A stretch of DNA of 64,000 bases from Eledone cirrhosa (GCA_964016885.1 OZ024751.1:20398001-20462000), one strand, 5' to 3'. Positions 1 to 16,070 are shown, counted from the first letter of the stretch. Translations and numbers: made by a program. Notes: generated by a model not told the origin, from the sequence alone.

Positions 1-1306
1 GTGTGCAGATATCATGAGATGACGAACGACTAAGCGAACTGAGCCGCAATGTGCGAGAACAGTGGCTTTATATAGAGGACAGAGGCAGGAAGTGAGTAGA
101 AGAAGAAGTATCAAGCCAGCTGGCTACAAACTAGGTCAGCAACTCTGCTTGCCTTCCTTGTAGCGCCACCAGTGTTAACAGTACAAACGACAGTGAGAGA
201 GATAGAAAGTGAAACAAGAGGTGAAGTAGGATAAAAAGGGGGAAGTAACTCTACAGCATTATGTTAATGAGAGAGAAGAAGAAGAATGGATATATATGAA
301 AAAGTAGAGGAGTGAGAGGGAGAGGAATAGGTAGGAAATAGAATGAAGGGGAGGAGAGAGAACAAGAGGGAGGGAAAGTTAAAAAGGGGAGGAGCGTGTA
401 AAGAGTTACTAAGACAGCGAGAGAGGGGTAAAAATGCAATGCTTAGGAGAAAGAAAGTAAGTCAATGAGAGAGGGAAAGATAAAAATGAGGTTAATTTAA
501 TAAGAGAGAGAACAAATCCGAACAAGAGAGGGGAGAGAAATAGATTTTGAAGGGTGGGGAGAACGAAGAAGAGAGATGGTAAGGGTTAAATAAGCGAGGA
601 AAAGTGTCAGCTAGATAGGAGAAGAAAGAGTTAATGAGATAGGGAGAGAGCATTGTTGCTGTGCAAGTTTACTTGGTAATTTTCTAAGTTAATCGGTTTG
701 TGCTATGGTGGTTCGTTCGCCTGGTTGATTGGTGATAGAAGGTAGCCACTAGCTGAGCAGAACTGCTCACACACCTATATGTGCATAACTGAAATGACGT
801 CAGGATGAGCACATTTCTTTAGCAAAGTTTGATAATTATTAACAATGTTAGTCGTCACCTGTATATATAAATTTAAATATAAATATAAATATATATATAT
901 AAATAAATATATATATATATATACACATATAAATATAAATATATACACATATGTATAAATATATATATATATATATATACACATATAAATATAAATAAAT
1001 ATATACACATATAAATATAAATATATACACATATGTATAAATATATATATATATATGCACATATATACAAATAAATATATATACACATATATATAAATAA
1101 ATATATATGCACATATATATAAATAAATATATATACACATATATATAAATAAATATATATATATAATAAAAATACATATATAAATATAGGTATATATATG
1201 TATACATATATATATGTGTGTTTGTGTGAATCTATATCTATAAATTTATAGAAATATATGTGGGTATGTGTGTATATAAATATATATGTGTGTGTATGCA
1301 TATGTG

Positions 1307-1364
<58 letters not shown>

Positions 1365-1659
1365 CTCTCTCTAACACACACTAGCTCTAACCACTGTTGG
1401 CAACAGCAATAAGAACACGGTCACACACATATACACACACACACACACATACATACATACACATATATATATATATACAACGCCACTTGCATCTGCTGTT
1501 ATCGGTGCAATTTACCAATAAGTGTATATGCACACACGCATACATACCGTGCGCAAGCAGGCATATATGTGTGTGTGTGTGTGCACGCACGACACTGCAA
1601 ACCGTCACATATGCACATTTACAAAACATACACACACGCATGTACGCACACACGGACGC

Positions 1660-1695
<36 letters not shown>

Positions 1696-2099
1696 TCTGG
1701 AAATTTATAGACCAGTTTCCAACCAGATCCGACCATTCCACAGTGAAAGGGTAGAAGAGGTAGGCAGTAAGTTAGGTTAGATGAGGTGGGGTGTGAGGTA
1801 AGGTTGGTTGGTTGTTAGCAGAAGATATTGGGTTAACTGAGTGTGGAAACACAAAACTACCGTTAGGAAAGAGAAAAAAATTGTACGGAACGGAACGGAA
1901 CATAACGAAACGTAACGAAACGAAACAACCTTATTCTTGGAAAAGAAGAAGGGGGGAAAAGGAGGATGAGGAGGAGTAAGAGAGAAGGAATGAGAATAGT
2001 GAAGGAGAAGGAGGAAGAGCAGGTAAAAGGGGTGGATATAACAAGAAGAAGAACAAAAATAGGTCAGCATTAATTAAATAGAGCTAATATATCAAAGAG

Positions 2100-3775
2100 A
2101 CAAACAACCACTACCAACAACAACACCACCATCACCACCAGCACCACCATCACAACCACTATCATCACCAACAGCAGCACCACCACCACCACCACCACCA
2201 CCACCACCACCACCACCACCAGCACCACCATCACAACCACTATCATCACCAACAGTAGCACCACCACCACTACCATCACCACCACCACTACCATCACCAC
2301 CATCACAATCATCACCAACAGCACCACCACCACCACCACCATCACAACCACTACCATCACCACCACCATCACAACCACTATCATCACCAACAGCACCACC
2401 ACTACCACCACCACTACCATCACTACCACCACCACCACCACCACCACTACCACCACCACCACCACTACCACCACCACCACCACCACCACTACCACCACCA
2501 CCACCACTACCACCACAACCACTACCACTATCACCATCACTACCACCACCACAACAACCACTATCACCACCAACAGCACCACCATCACTACCACTACCAC
2601 CACCACCACCACTACCACCACCACCACCACCACTATCACCACCACCACCACAACAACCACTATCATCACCAACGGCACCACCATCACTACCAGCACCACT
2701 ACCACCACTACCACCACCACAACCACTACCATCACTACCACCACCACAACAACCACTACCACCACCACCACCACCACCACAACAACCACTACCACCACCA
2801 CTACCACCACCACCACCACCACAACCACCACCACCACAACAACCACTACCACCACCACCACCACAACCACTACCATCACCAACAGCACCACCATCACCAC
2901 CAAGATCACCACCACCACCACCGCCACCGCCGCCAGCACTAATAATAATAATCTTTAACGATGAATGTTATGATGATGATGATGTTGACAATTGTGTTGA
3001 TTGATGTTGGTTTTGATGATGGTGATGGTGATATTGACAAAGGTGTTGATGGTGTTGATGATGATGATGATGATAAAGGTAATAATGATGATGACGGTGA
3101 TGTCGATGATGATGATGATGATGATAACAATGGTGGTGGTGATGATGATGACGATGGTGATGGTGATGATGATGAAGGTAATAATGATGATGTTAATGGT
3201 GGTGGTGATGATGATGGTAATAATAATGATAATGGTGGTGATGATGATGATGGTAATAATTGTTTCTGCTTTTGGCACAAGGCCAGCAATTAACCCAGTG
3301 CATTACTGGTACTTTATTTTATCGACCCCGTAAGGATGAAAGGCAGAAGGTAATAATGATGATGGTGATGATGATGGTGGTGTTGGTGATGGTGGTGTTG
3401 GTGATGGTGGTGATGGTGATGATGATGGTGATGATGATGATGAAGGTAATAATGATGGTGGTGATGGTAATAATGATGGTGGTGGTGATGATGGTGATGG
3501 TAATAATGATGGTGGTGATGGTGGTGGTGGTGGTGATGGTGATGGTAATAATGATGGTGGTGGTGGTGATGGTGGTGATGGTGGTGGTGGTGAGGGTGAT
3601 GGTGGTGGTAATAATGATGGTGGTGATGGTGGTGGTGAGGGTGAGGGTGATGGTGATGGTGATGGTAATAATGATGGTGGTGGTGGTGGTGATGGTGGTG
3701 GTAATAATGGTGGTGGTGGTGGTGATGATGATGGTGGTGGTGGTGATGGTGATGATGATGATGATGATGGTGATG
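2100..3775. repeat. (CAC)n then (GAT/GGT)n trinucleotide arrays
   Basis: Direct inspection. Similar arrays at 5345-5925 and 14330-15940. Confidence 0.95.
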
Positions 3776-3922
3776 ATTCGTTGACAGCTCGGAAAACGGT
3801 TTTCGATCATTTATTTTCTTTCTTTTTTAAACAGTAAAAATCAATGACAGAAAATTAAATTAATGCAAAATAAGGTTTCTTTTTATTTATTTTTATTTTT
3901 GTTAACATTTTTTTATTTATAG

Positions 3923-3975
<53 letters not shown>

Positions 3976-4017
3976 GTTTTCTTATTTTCCTTTCTACCTT
4001 GGAAATGTTTTATAAAC

Positions 4018-4049
<32 letters not shown>

Positions 4050-4343
4050 TATGTGTGTGTGTGTGTGTAAGTTGTTTTAGTAAACGGTTTAAAGCAACAC
4101 ATACACAAACACAGGTATAATAATTGTTTACACATTTACATGTGTATTTATGTGTGTGTCTGTGTGTGTGTGTATGTGTAGCTGTGTTCGCATGTGTTAG
4201 CAAGTATGTGTGCAGGTGCGTGTGTGAGTGTACATGTAACTGATATGTGCGTGCACGCATTTGTGTGTATGTGTGTGCGTCCGTGAAACTGTTATATGCG
4301 TTTGTGTGTGTGTCCGTGTGCATGTGTGTGCCTATGTAACTGT

Positions 4344-4378
<35 letters not shown>

Positions 4379-4501
4379 ATGTGTGTGCCTATGTAACTGT
4401 TTGTTACATGTGTGTGCCTATGTCACTGTTATGTGTGTGTGTGTGTGTGCATGTATGTGCCTATGTAACTGTTTGTTACATGCGTGTGCCTATGTAACTA
4501 T

Positions 4502-4538
<37 letters not shown>

Positions 4539-4741
4539 ATGTGTGTGCCTATGTCACTGTTACATGTGTGTGTGTGTCAGTTTATGCAAGATCTGCCGTC
4601 AGTCAGTTTCCTGTATTAAGTGATACATTGTAAATTTTAGAAAAAAATATATCTAAAAAAAAAAGGAAAAGTTAGATAAGCGTCTTTCTTTTGATATACA
4701 TAATACACACACACACATATATATATTACACATACATACAT

Positions 4742-4865
<124 letters not shown>

Positions 4866-6364
4866 TGTGTGTGTGTCTGTGTCTGTGTCTGTGTGTGTGC
4901 CGGGACGTTAAACGTCACTAAAGCTTACCCAAACAAAAGTACGAAAGAAAGTGGTTTAGAGAGATAGAAAGATAGAAGAGATGGTGAAAGAGTGAGAGAA
5001 GAGAGGACAGAATGAGAGAAGCTTAGAGAGAGAGAGAGAAATATAGGGGAGAGAGAGAAATATGGGGGAGAGAGAGAGAGAAAGCAGCAAGAGGGAGATA
5101 TAAAGAGAGAGACATAGAGAGAAAGGAGCAAGAGGGAAAGATAAAGAGAGAGACATAGAGAAAGGAGCAAGAGGAAGAGATAGAGAGAGAGAGAGAAAGG
5201 AGCTAGAGAGAGAGAGAGAGAGAGACATAGAGAGATAGGTGAGAGAAAGAGAGAGGTGTGATGTTATCCATCATTTGTTTTGACAAAACAATAGAAAAAT
5301 TAGTTAAATTATTTAATGCCAGTGTAAAATTTATTTCATCCTACGTTGTTGTTGTTGTGGTTGTTGTTGTTGTGGCGGTGGTTGTTGTTGTGGTTGTGGT
5401 GGTGGTGGTGGTGGTGGTGGTGGTGGTGGTGGTTGTGGTGGTTGTTGTGGTGGTGGTGGTGGTGGTTGTGGTTGTTGTGGCGGTTGTTGTGGTGGTTGTG
5501 GTGGTGGTGGTGGTGGTGGTGGTGGTGGTGGTTGTGGTGGTTGTTGTGGTGGTGGTGGTGGTGGTGGTTGTGGTTGTTGTGGCGGTTGTTGTGGTGGTTG
5601 TTATTGTTGTGGATGTTGCTGTTGTGGTGGTGGTTGTTGTGGTGTTGTGGTTCTTGTTGTCGTTGTTGTTGTTGTTGTGGTGGTGGTGGTGGTTGTTGTG
5701 GTGGTGGTGGTTGTGGTGGTTGTTGTGGTGGTGGTTGTTGTTGTTGTGGTGGTTGTGGTGGTGGTGGTGGTTGTGGTTGTTGTTGTTGTGGTTGTTGTTG
5801 TGGTGGTTGTTGTGGTGGTGGTGGTGGTTGTGGTTGTTGTTGTTGTGGTGGTTGTTGTGGTTGTTGTTGTGGTGGTTGTTGTGGTGGTTGTTGTTGTTGT
5901 GGTTGTGTTTGTTGTTGTGGTGGTTTTGTTTTCGGGATGTGGTGAGGGTGGAGATATGGGGTGGGGAAAGGAAATTGAGGGTCGGGATGGAAAGTAAAGG
6001 TGGGGGGGGGGACTAGGGGGTCTAAATTAAATTGTGAAAGATGTTATCAATAAATAAATACACTTCTAGGTCAGGCAATGTAACAAGCTAAAGATATCTA
6101 TTAAATAATAATCAACGGCCTTATTCCATCCGTGGCCATCCCATCCGGACTTTTAGGTGTGTGGCGGCGGGGAGGTGAGTTGTGGTGGTGGGCAGATGGG
6201 GTGTGAGATGTAGGGTGGTGATATATGTGTGTGTGGAGGGGTTTATATATTATGTAATGTGTGCAATTGTGTTTCAATGTGTGTTGTGCGTGCGTGTGGA
6301 GTGAGGTGAGAGTTTATAAGTTGCCTAATGTGTGTATATGTGTGTGACTTGTGTGTCTGTGTGT

Positions 6365-6398
<34 letters not shown>

Positions 6399-7220
6399 CT
6401 ATGTCACTGTTATTTGTGTGTGTGTGTGCGTGTGTTTAAGAGGTTAGATTTAGGCTGCCATTTCTTTCAAGCTAACTTAGCAGGTCAATGGAGGTCGAAG
6501 TACCCGGGGGGGAAGAGATAGATAGATAGAGAGATAGATAGATAGATAGAGAAGCAGAGAGAGAGAGGCAGAGTGTGAGAGATAGTGGGTGAAAAAGAGA
6601 GAAGAGAGAGAGAAAGAGGGTGAGAGACAGTGAGTGAAAGAGAGTGAATGTGTGTGAGAGAGAGAGAGGGGGGAGAGAGAGAGAGAGAGGCAGAGAGAGA
6701 GATAAGCAGAAAGCGAGAGGGGCGGAGAGGGAGAGAGGGTGAGAGACAGTGAGTGAAAGAGAGTGAATGTGTGAGAGAGAGGGGGGGGTGAGAGGGGGGG
6801 TGAGAGGGGGGAGAGAGAGGGTGAGAGAGAGGGAGAGAGGGAGAGAGAAGCAGAGAGAGAGATAAGCAGAAAGCTAGAGGGTGAGAGAGGGAGAGAGCGG
6901 GACGGAGAGAGAGGAGTGGATGTGAGTTCGATTTTGAAGGTTGAACCAGTTCACTTTCACTACATGGTAAAACTACTTCAGATTTGAAGTAAAAGAGAGA
7001 GTAAAAGCCAAGGTGGGAACAGTGATGAGAGAGGGAGTAAATGAGAGAGAGAGGGGGGGATAGGAACGAGAGAGAGAGAGACACACACAAAGAGGAGAGA
7101 GAGAGATAGAGAATGACAATGAGAAAGAAAAGCAGAGAAGGAAATAAAGATGGAGAGAGAAGAAAGATTCTACACTGTCCACAGAAATACAATCATTGGT
7201 ACTGACCCAAAAGTATGTGT

Positions 7221-7292
<72 letters not shown>

Positions 7293-8216
7293 CATTTTCT
7301 GATGATTTCATACGAAAGAAACAGTTCTAGTCCTGTAGAAGTCATTTCTATATAAAATCAAGATGCCTATACTCTAGCAACGTACTGTGTCCCTTTTTAA
7401 ACTGGGGTCGCCTCTCCGATTCCCATCAGAAACCCACTCTTCTAGTTGCCGAAACGGCCGGAGCTCAGCCGTCGGGGTCGTGAATAGTTTCATATATATA
7501 TATATATATATTTATATATAATATATATATACACACTGACATATATACATATATATAATATATTATTATTAGAGAACAAGAGAATGTCCAGTGGAATTAC
7601 ACACGCACACATAGGTGTGTGTATGTGTATATGTATATATATATATGTGTGTGTGTGTGTATGTGTGTGTGCGTGTGTGTGTATGTATATTCATCAAATG
7701 TTACATGAAAGGGATCAACCACACACACTCACACATATACATACATTGATGATGATGATGATGATGATACATATATACATACATACATATACACACACAC
7801 ACCTATGTGTGCGTCTGTGTAACTCCATTGAACATTCTCTGGTTCTGTAATAAAATAATCTATTCTGAATATTTATGTAGATAATATGAGGTAACATGTT
7901 CCTCACACACACATACATACACACACATACGCACACATATACACACGCACACATATACACACACATCAACACACATACCCACGTCCACATAAACACATGT
8001 AACTACACGTTTCTGTGTGTGTGTTAATGTATATATATATATGTATTAACATGACATAGATACATACATACACAGATACATACGCACACATACATATACA
8101 CATATACATACACACACACATACATACACACACACATACATACACCCACACACACATACACACACACAAACACAAACATCTATCTGCAAGTCAAAGTATA
8201 TATCTCTGTACAACTG

Positions 8217-8279
<63 letters not shown>

Positions 8280-8529
8280 ATGTGCATGTGTGTGGTTGGT
8301 TTGACAAGAGTGAGAGGGGAGAAAGTGGAGGAGGGGGAGAGGAAAAAAAACAAGATAGCTATTGATTCATTATATTTTACTGATGGGAGAAGAATGAAAA
8401 AAAAGGAAAAAGAAAAAGAGAGAAGAAGAAAGACAAGGAAAAAAAAGAGAAGAAAAAATAGATAGAAAATAGAATATCTTGAAATGACATTTTATTAATT
8501 CTAGCTGAAAAGCTTAAAAATTATAAATA

Positions 8530-8537
8530 TACAGATA

Positions 8538-8606
<69 letters not shown>

Positions 8607-8872
8607 TATATATATATATATGCATATATATATATAATGCATATACAGTATATATATATATACAGCATATACAGTATATATATATGCATATATATATATA
8701 TATACACACATATATATATATATATGTATATATCCATATATAATGCATATACAGTATATATATATATACAGCATATACAGTATATATATATGCATATATA
8801 TATATATATATACACACATATATATATATATATGTATATATCCATATATATGTACAGTATATATATATATAT

Positions 8873-8943
<71 letters not shown>

Positions 8944-8945
8944 TA

Positions 8946-8994
<49 letters not shown>

Positions 8995-9010
8995 TATATA
9001 TATATAAGTA

Positions 9011-9081
<71 letters not shown>

Positions 9082-9162
9082 TATATATACAAACGTATAT
9101 ATATATATATATGCATATATATATACAAACGTATATATATATATGCATATATATATACAAAC

Positions 9163-9209
<47 letters not shown>

Positions 9210-9220
9210 TATATACAAAC

Positions 9221-9275
<55 letters not shown>

Positions 9276-9364
9276 AACGTATATATATATATGCATATAT
9301 ATATACAAACGTATATATATATATATGTATACAAACACATATATATATATATATATATACACAA

Positions 9365-9397
<33 letters not shown>

Positions 9398-9955
9398 CAA
9401 ACACACATATATATATATATATATATACAAACACACATATATATATATATATATACAAACACATATATATATATTTATATATATATATACAAACACATAT
9501 ATATATATTTATATTTATATATATATATACAAACACATATATATATATGCATATATATATATATATGCATATATACACATATATATATACATATCTATGC
9601 ATATATATACATATACATATCTATGCATATATATACATATACATATCTACGCATATATATATATATATATACATATACATATCTACGCATATATATATAC
9701 ATATCTATGCATATATATACATATACATATCTACGCATATATATATATACATATACATATCTACGCATATATATATACATATCTATGCATATATATACAC
9801 ATATCTACGCATATATATACATATCTACGCATATATATACATATCTACGCATATATATATATACATATCTACGCATATATATATATACATATCTACGCAT
9901 ATATATATATACATATCTACGCATATATATATATATATATATACATACATATCTA

Positions 9956-10004
<49 letters not shown>

Positions 10005-10020
10005 CTATGCACGCACACAC

Positions 10021-10086
<66 letters not shown>

Positions 10087-10130
10087 TATATATACACATA
10101 CACTCACATACATGTGTGTGTATATACATC
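8530..10130. repeat. Compound (TA)n microsatellite
   Basis: Direct inspection. Similar arrays at 870-1360, 26720-27425 and 36945-37885. Confidence 0.95.
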
Positions 10131-10339
10131 ATATCTCTATCTCTTGCTAAGCAGTGGAAAATGAAATGGTAAAAATCTACATTTTTGTACCGAAGTACAT
10201 ATGTACCGGAATAACGCCAACCAACTTCTTCATCCGAAATACATACGTCAGAACGTCAGTACGTCAGAACGTCAGATTGGAAACAACAACAAAATATGCT
10301 AAACAAAACATAGAAACAATAACAAACAAACAATGCTTT

Positions 10340-10800
10340 CCAGCATAGTTACGTCCCTTAACGATCTGAGTTCAAATCCCGCCGAGGTTGACTTTGCCTT
10401 TCATCCTTACGAGGTCGATAAAATAAAGTACCAGTAATACACTGGGATAATTGCCGACATTGTGCCCAAAGTAGAAACAATTATTATTATTTACTATTAT
10501 TGGGTGGATTGGCAGTATCGGTAGAGCGTCTGACGTCATGTTTTCCAACAGAGTTATGTCTCTTTACGTTCTGAGTTCAAATCCCGCCGAGGTTAACTTT
10601 GCCTTTCATCCTTACGGGGTCGATAAAATAAAGTACCAGTAACACAATGTGGTCGATTTAATTGATTTTCTCCTCCTCTCCTTTGGTCAATAAAATAAAG
10701 TACCAGTTAAGTATTGGGGTCGATTCGGGGTTGATTTAATCAACTTTCTCCTCGAACTCCTCAAATTGTTGACCCTGAACCTAAATTGGAAACCATTAAC
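10340..10800 (+). mobile_element. SINE family 1 cluster
   Basis: Repeated family core with GAGTTCAAATCC B-box. Confidence 0.85.
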
Positions 10801-11397
10801 TGAATCGTTGGAACGGCGGACAAAATGGCTGTATTACACACACACACACACACACACACGATGGCCAAGGGAACGTGAAATAAACTACAGCTCCAGGTAT
10901 CGAAGAACTCAAGACTTTGCGATCGTGTACCGAATACCTTAACCAATAAGCTACGTCCTACACACACGCAAACCCCAAACACACATACACAAAGATACAC
11001 ACACAAACACAAAGACACAGCATGCATACTAACCACACACAAACACATACACAGTTTCTCCTATATTTATCTACAATTTCACAATAGATCTTTTTTTTTT
11101 TTTTAAATCAATACCAATGTATATAACAATAAACACAAAACAACATAAAACCTTAATAAAACGGGTAGATATATGGAACCCTCATATATTAGAATATGTT
11201 TACGTAGTCCCGCTAGGGAATCCCAAACGTGTTTATACCATCGACCCCAAACATACACAAAAACTTAAGTAAGTAAACAAAATTTAAAAGGACAATAAAA
11301 ACTAATATCTATATAAATCAGAAACTTGTATAAGCAAGTTGTATTTTAGTTTATAGTATTATTTATGTATTTCAAAACATGTCATAAAGCCCAGCGT

Positions 11398-11465
<68 letters not shown>

Positions 11466-11555
11466 ATATAAACGAACTCAGAGGAATAGGTGATAGCTTC
11501 TGTTATCTAGGTGACCTAATTACAAAGCAAGGAAGAAAAGAGAGTACTTCGAAAG

Positions 11556-12010
11556 TACGAGGGCCGGCTGAACTGTTCGTATGCTGACCAAGATACTCTC
11601 ATGGAAAGAAACAATGCAGTTATTAATAGCAAGAGGTGAAATTAATTCATCCAAGATTTCACAGTTCTAACATCATTCCTTCATGGTCAGCCTATGAACT
11701 ATTCAGCCGACCCTCGTATGTATGTAAAAACTAGCCCAGATGAATAGTTGATAGCTTCTATTATCTAGACGACCTAATTAGCAAGCAAGGAAAGAAAGAG
11801 AGTACTTCGAAAGTACGAGGTCAGGCTGAACAGTTCATATGCTGAAAAGTTGATAGACTGACCAAGATACTCTCATGGAATGACCAAATAAGGTTTGTTT
11901 CAACCTACTCCCTTGAAAGAAATAATGCAGTTATTAATAGCAAGAATAGCATGCAGCTCTAGCATCGCCCTTTGATGGTCAGCTTATGAACTTTTCAGCC
12001 GACCTTCGTA
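11556..12010. mobile_element. Two mariner-type MITEs (11556-11718, 11814-12010) in a local tandem duplication
   Basis: TIRs TACGAGGG..GGCTGAA..GTTC.TA.GCTGAC / GTCAGCCTATGAACTTTTCAGCCGACCCTCGTA with TA ends. Confidence 0.85.
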
Positions 12011-12124
12011 AATATATAAAAACGAGCTCAGAGGAAGATTTGATAACTTCTGTTATCTGGGTGACCTAATTAGCAGCAAGGAAGAGATGAAGGATGATAC
12101 TTCGAAACTATAGCAGCCTGGATA

Positions 12125-12500
12125 ATAATTGTTTCTACTTTTGGCACAAGGCCAGCAATTATCCCAGTGTATTACTGGTACTTTATTTTATCGACTCCCG
12201 TAAGGATGAAAGGCAAAGTTAACCTCGGCGGGATTTGAACTCTGAACGTAAAGGGCCGTAACACTGTGCTGCAAAGCATGGCGTCAGACTCTCTACCGAT
12301 ACTGCCAATCCAATGATTTCTAAGTTCTGGTAGTTCTTTACATTCGGTGTTCATGTCCCGCCAAGGTCAAACTCTGCCTTTCATCCTTCTGGGGTCGATA
12401 AAATAAAGTACGAGGCAAGTACTAACTAGTGTTAATTTAGACGATTTTCTCCCTTACCATCAAATTGCTGGCCTTGTGTCAATGTTAGAAATAATTATTG
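12125..12500. mobile_element. SINE family 1: minus copy 12125-12312, plus copy ~12345-12500
   Basis: Family core in both orientations. Confidence 0.85.
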
Positions 12501-12567
12501 GCAGAATCCGTAGAGCGTCAGACAAACATCTATACAGTCGATAGTTATGGCCCTTAGCATTCTTGGT

Positions 12568-12796
12568 TTAACCCATTCGTATTTACATTACTCTATATAT
12601 GCTATTATATTTCCATGGTAAAGGCTTTACCTCACATAACAATCTCACATAATATTGAATCTACGAGATTTTAATAGTATTTATTTTGAGAATAATACTT
12701 TAACATAAATATGAGCAGCCGGGTATGGCCGATTTGAACAGAAAGAGGTGAGAGAATTCTGTCCGGATATGGCCGGGTTAAATGCTAACTGGTTAA
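12568..12796. mobile_element. piggyBac-like MITE (TTAA-CCC termini); other copies 18085-18366 and 24883-25307
   Basis: Family ends TTAACCCTTTAGCATTTA / TAAATG(C/A/T)TAAAGGGTTAA, with the interior shared among the three loci. Confidence 0.7.
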
Positions 12797-13672
12797 ATCA
12801 GGCCACGGTCAACTTTGCCTTTCAATAAAATAAAATACCAGTAAAATACTAGGGTTGATTTAATCAATCAACTTTGTTTGTCACCCCCACCCCCCCCACC
12901 CCCAACCTTCACGAAACCAACATTGTTGGCCTTGCTCCTAATTTAGAAATCAATATTGCATGGTAATAGGAACCTGGGTACTAAATGCAAAACATATACG
13001 AAGATGTACGAAGATTAGAAAGGAATGAGAATAGATATGTAATGTCATACTAGATATGAGAAAAACACTAGGAGGGCGGTGGGATAAGAGAAATCTAATA
13101 TAGTCGTTTATCTTGTGTTTCCTCTAATATACATTACATAGCAGCACTATACTAAGACCGAAATGAAGCAGATTTGTGACAACATAAACTGCAATCTCTC
13201 TGACATGCTGAATACGATGAACGATAGAATTGGATAGCGACCGAGAGTCAAGGGAATCCGTGGAAGCATTTTTTTTGTGGGAGCCTACAGAAGGAAGAAC
13301 TATCAGAGGACGACAAGCCAATACCTACAACAAACAGATTTATGACAACATAAACTGCAATCCCTCTGGCCTGCCGAATATGATGCACAATAGAATTAAA
13401 TAGCGACAAACAGTAAGGGAATCCGTGCAAGCTGTGCGACCTATTGATTGGTTGATAGCAGCACTTATGCTCAAACAACTGGATTCTTCGCTCTATAGTG
13501 GTTTTCTTTACTCTCCTTCAAGTGTACTGTGGAGCACAAGCTTTCATTTTTTTTTTTTCTTTTTACTGTTGCAAGGAGTGGTTGCTGTCTGCCAACATAT
13601 TTGTTGACTTAGTTTGTCAGCATGTTTGTTGATGCTGCCTGACGAAGCTGTTGTTTGTCTTGTACTGTGTAT

Positions 13673-13837
13673 AAAACCTCTGGTGGCCTTGGTCCCCGTA
13701 CTGCCGATTTCCTCTGCAAAATCGGAAAGATAGCAGCCCGCCTGAAGAAGGCGGGCTGTTAGGTTGGGTGGCTGTGACAGAAAGTCTCGCTGGCCATTCT
13801 CCGTGGTAATACCTTCGCTATTCTGTCTGCGGGGTCG
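13673..13837 (+). pseudogene. Decayed C-terminus of a CRE-like non-LTR retrotransposon ORF (REL endonuclease end)
   Basis: Frame from 13673: KTSGGLGPRTADFLCKIGKIAARLKKAGC*VGWL*QKVSLAILRGNTFAILSAG. Resembles the ETxGxxG...LxQxxSxAxxRGN motif, with two stops. Confidence 0.7.
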
Positions 13838-16011
13838 AATCACCACTCAGACTGGGGCATAAGAGTCTGTCTTTCCCTCCCACTCTCTCTCTCTTTCCTT
13901 TGATGCTTAACTGTCTGTTTTTCTTTTTCTTTTTCCATATGCTTTTTTTTTTGTTTTGTTTCTTTTAAATATTTTTTGTCGAATTTTTACAATGTTATTG
14001 TATGTTGTGTTAATATTTTGAATAGAGAACTTCCAACACACAAACAGGTACAGTTGTGCTCAAACGACTGGATTATTGGTGCTCTCTCTCCCTCTCTCTC
14101 TGTTGGCTGTAAATATCCTGCTTTCATACTCGTACAGAAGAAAGATCAAAGTTACTAAAGTCTTTGAGTCTTAGTTCAATTTGAGCTTCGTGAGAAGACT
14201 GGCAAAGCTGCATTTCTATATGATTCACATCTTGGTCATGGCAGATGAGGCTAGGCTTGGTCGTGGCGAGATGGACGTGAGGAGAGGGACTCAACCACCG
14301 GGCAAACGCATGAGGGGGGGGGGGGGCTAACAATAACACTCTTACCACCATCACCACCACCACCAATAACACTCTTACCACCATCACCACAACCAATAAC
14401 ACTCTTACCACCATCACCACCACCACCACCACAACCACAACCAATAACACGGTTACCACCACCACAACCAATAACACTCTTACCATCACCACCAACACCA
14501 ACAACACCACCACCACCAATAACACTGTTACCACCATCACCACCACCACCACCACCACAACCAATAACACTTACCACCAACACCACCACCACCACCACAA
14601 CCGATAACACTCTTACCACCATCACCACCACCAACACCACCACCACAACCAATAACACTGTTACCACCACTCCCACCATCGCTAGCACCACTATCATTTC
14701 CATCACCACCACCACTACCATTTCCACCATCACTACCACTACCATTGCCATCATCACTACTATCACCACCATCATTGTCCTATCACCATCACCGCCATCA
14801 CTACCACTACCATTGCCATCATCACTACTATCACCACCATTGTCCTATCACCATCACCGCCATCACTACCACTACCATTGCCATCATCACTACTATCACC
14901 ACCATTGCCATCACCACATTCACCACCATCAACAGCACCACTACAACTATCATTGCTACCACCACCATTACCACCATCACTACCACTATCATAGTCATCA
15001 CCACCAATATTACCACCGTGACTGCCATTAACAGTATCACGGCCACCATTAACACTATCAACCCCACCACCACCATTAACACTATCACCACCGCCAACAC
15101 CACCATTAACACTACCACCATCGCCACCACCACCATTAACACTATCACCACCACTACCACCAGCATTAACATCACCCCCAGCATCAACACCACTACCATT
15201 AACACTATCAACCACACCACTACCATCACTACAACCATTAACACTATCAACCCCACCACCACCACCACCACCACCATTAACACTATCAACACCACCACCA
15301 CAAACACCACCATTAACACCACCACCACCATTAACACCACCACCACCACCACCATTAACACCACCACCAACCCCACCACCACCATTAACACTAACACCAC
15401 CGTTAACTCTATCAACCCCACCACCACCACCACCACCACCATTAACACTAACACCACCGCTAACTCTATCAACCCCACCACCACCACCACCACCATTAAC
15501 ACTAACACCAACACCACCACCACCATTAACACCACCACCACCACCACCATTAACACTAACACCACCGCTAACTCTATCAACCCCACCACCACCACCACCA
15601 TTAACACTAACACCAACACCACCACCACCATTAACACCACCACCACCACCACCACCAATAACTCTATCAACCCCACCAACACCACCACCATTAACACCAC
15701 CACTAACATTAACACCACCACCACCATTAACTCTATCAACCGCACCAACACCACCACCACCATTAACACCAGCACCAACACCACCACCACCACCACCATT
15801 AACTCTATCAACCGCACCAACACCACCACCACCATTAACACCAGCACCAACACCACCACCACCACCACCACCATTAACTCTATCAACCCCACCAACACCA
15901 ACACCACCACCATTAACACTCAACCCCACCACCATCCCCACTATAACCAGTGCAACAAAAGAAATCACATCCAGTAGTCACGTAGGCACCTCGATGTATT
16001 CTCCAATACTT

Positions 16012-16070
<59 letters not shown>

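Noticed and set aside
775-870. Minus-strand terminal exon (TATACAG|GTGACGACTAA)
   Set aside because: No polypyrimidine tract, no recognisable peptide and no linked upstream exons.
5346-5945. Cys/Gly-rich metallothionein- or keratin-associated-like ORF
   Set aside because: Frame of a (GTT/GGT)n microsatellite.
7295-7325. CTGATGA-TTTCATAC-GAAA possible hammerhead
   Set aside because: No pairing for stem II or stem III.
8501-10172. Long YI-repeat ORFs (also at 26.4-27.8 and 36.7-37.9 kb)
   Set aside because: (TA)n translations.
14745-15977. 410-aa Thr/Asn-rich mucin-like ORF
   Set aside because: Pure (CAC/AAC)n-derived repeat, open in several frames on both strands, non-ATG start, no signal peptide or splice support.
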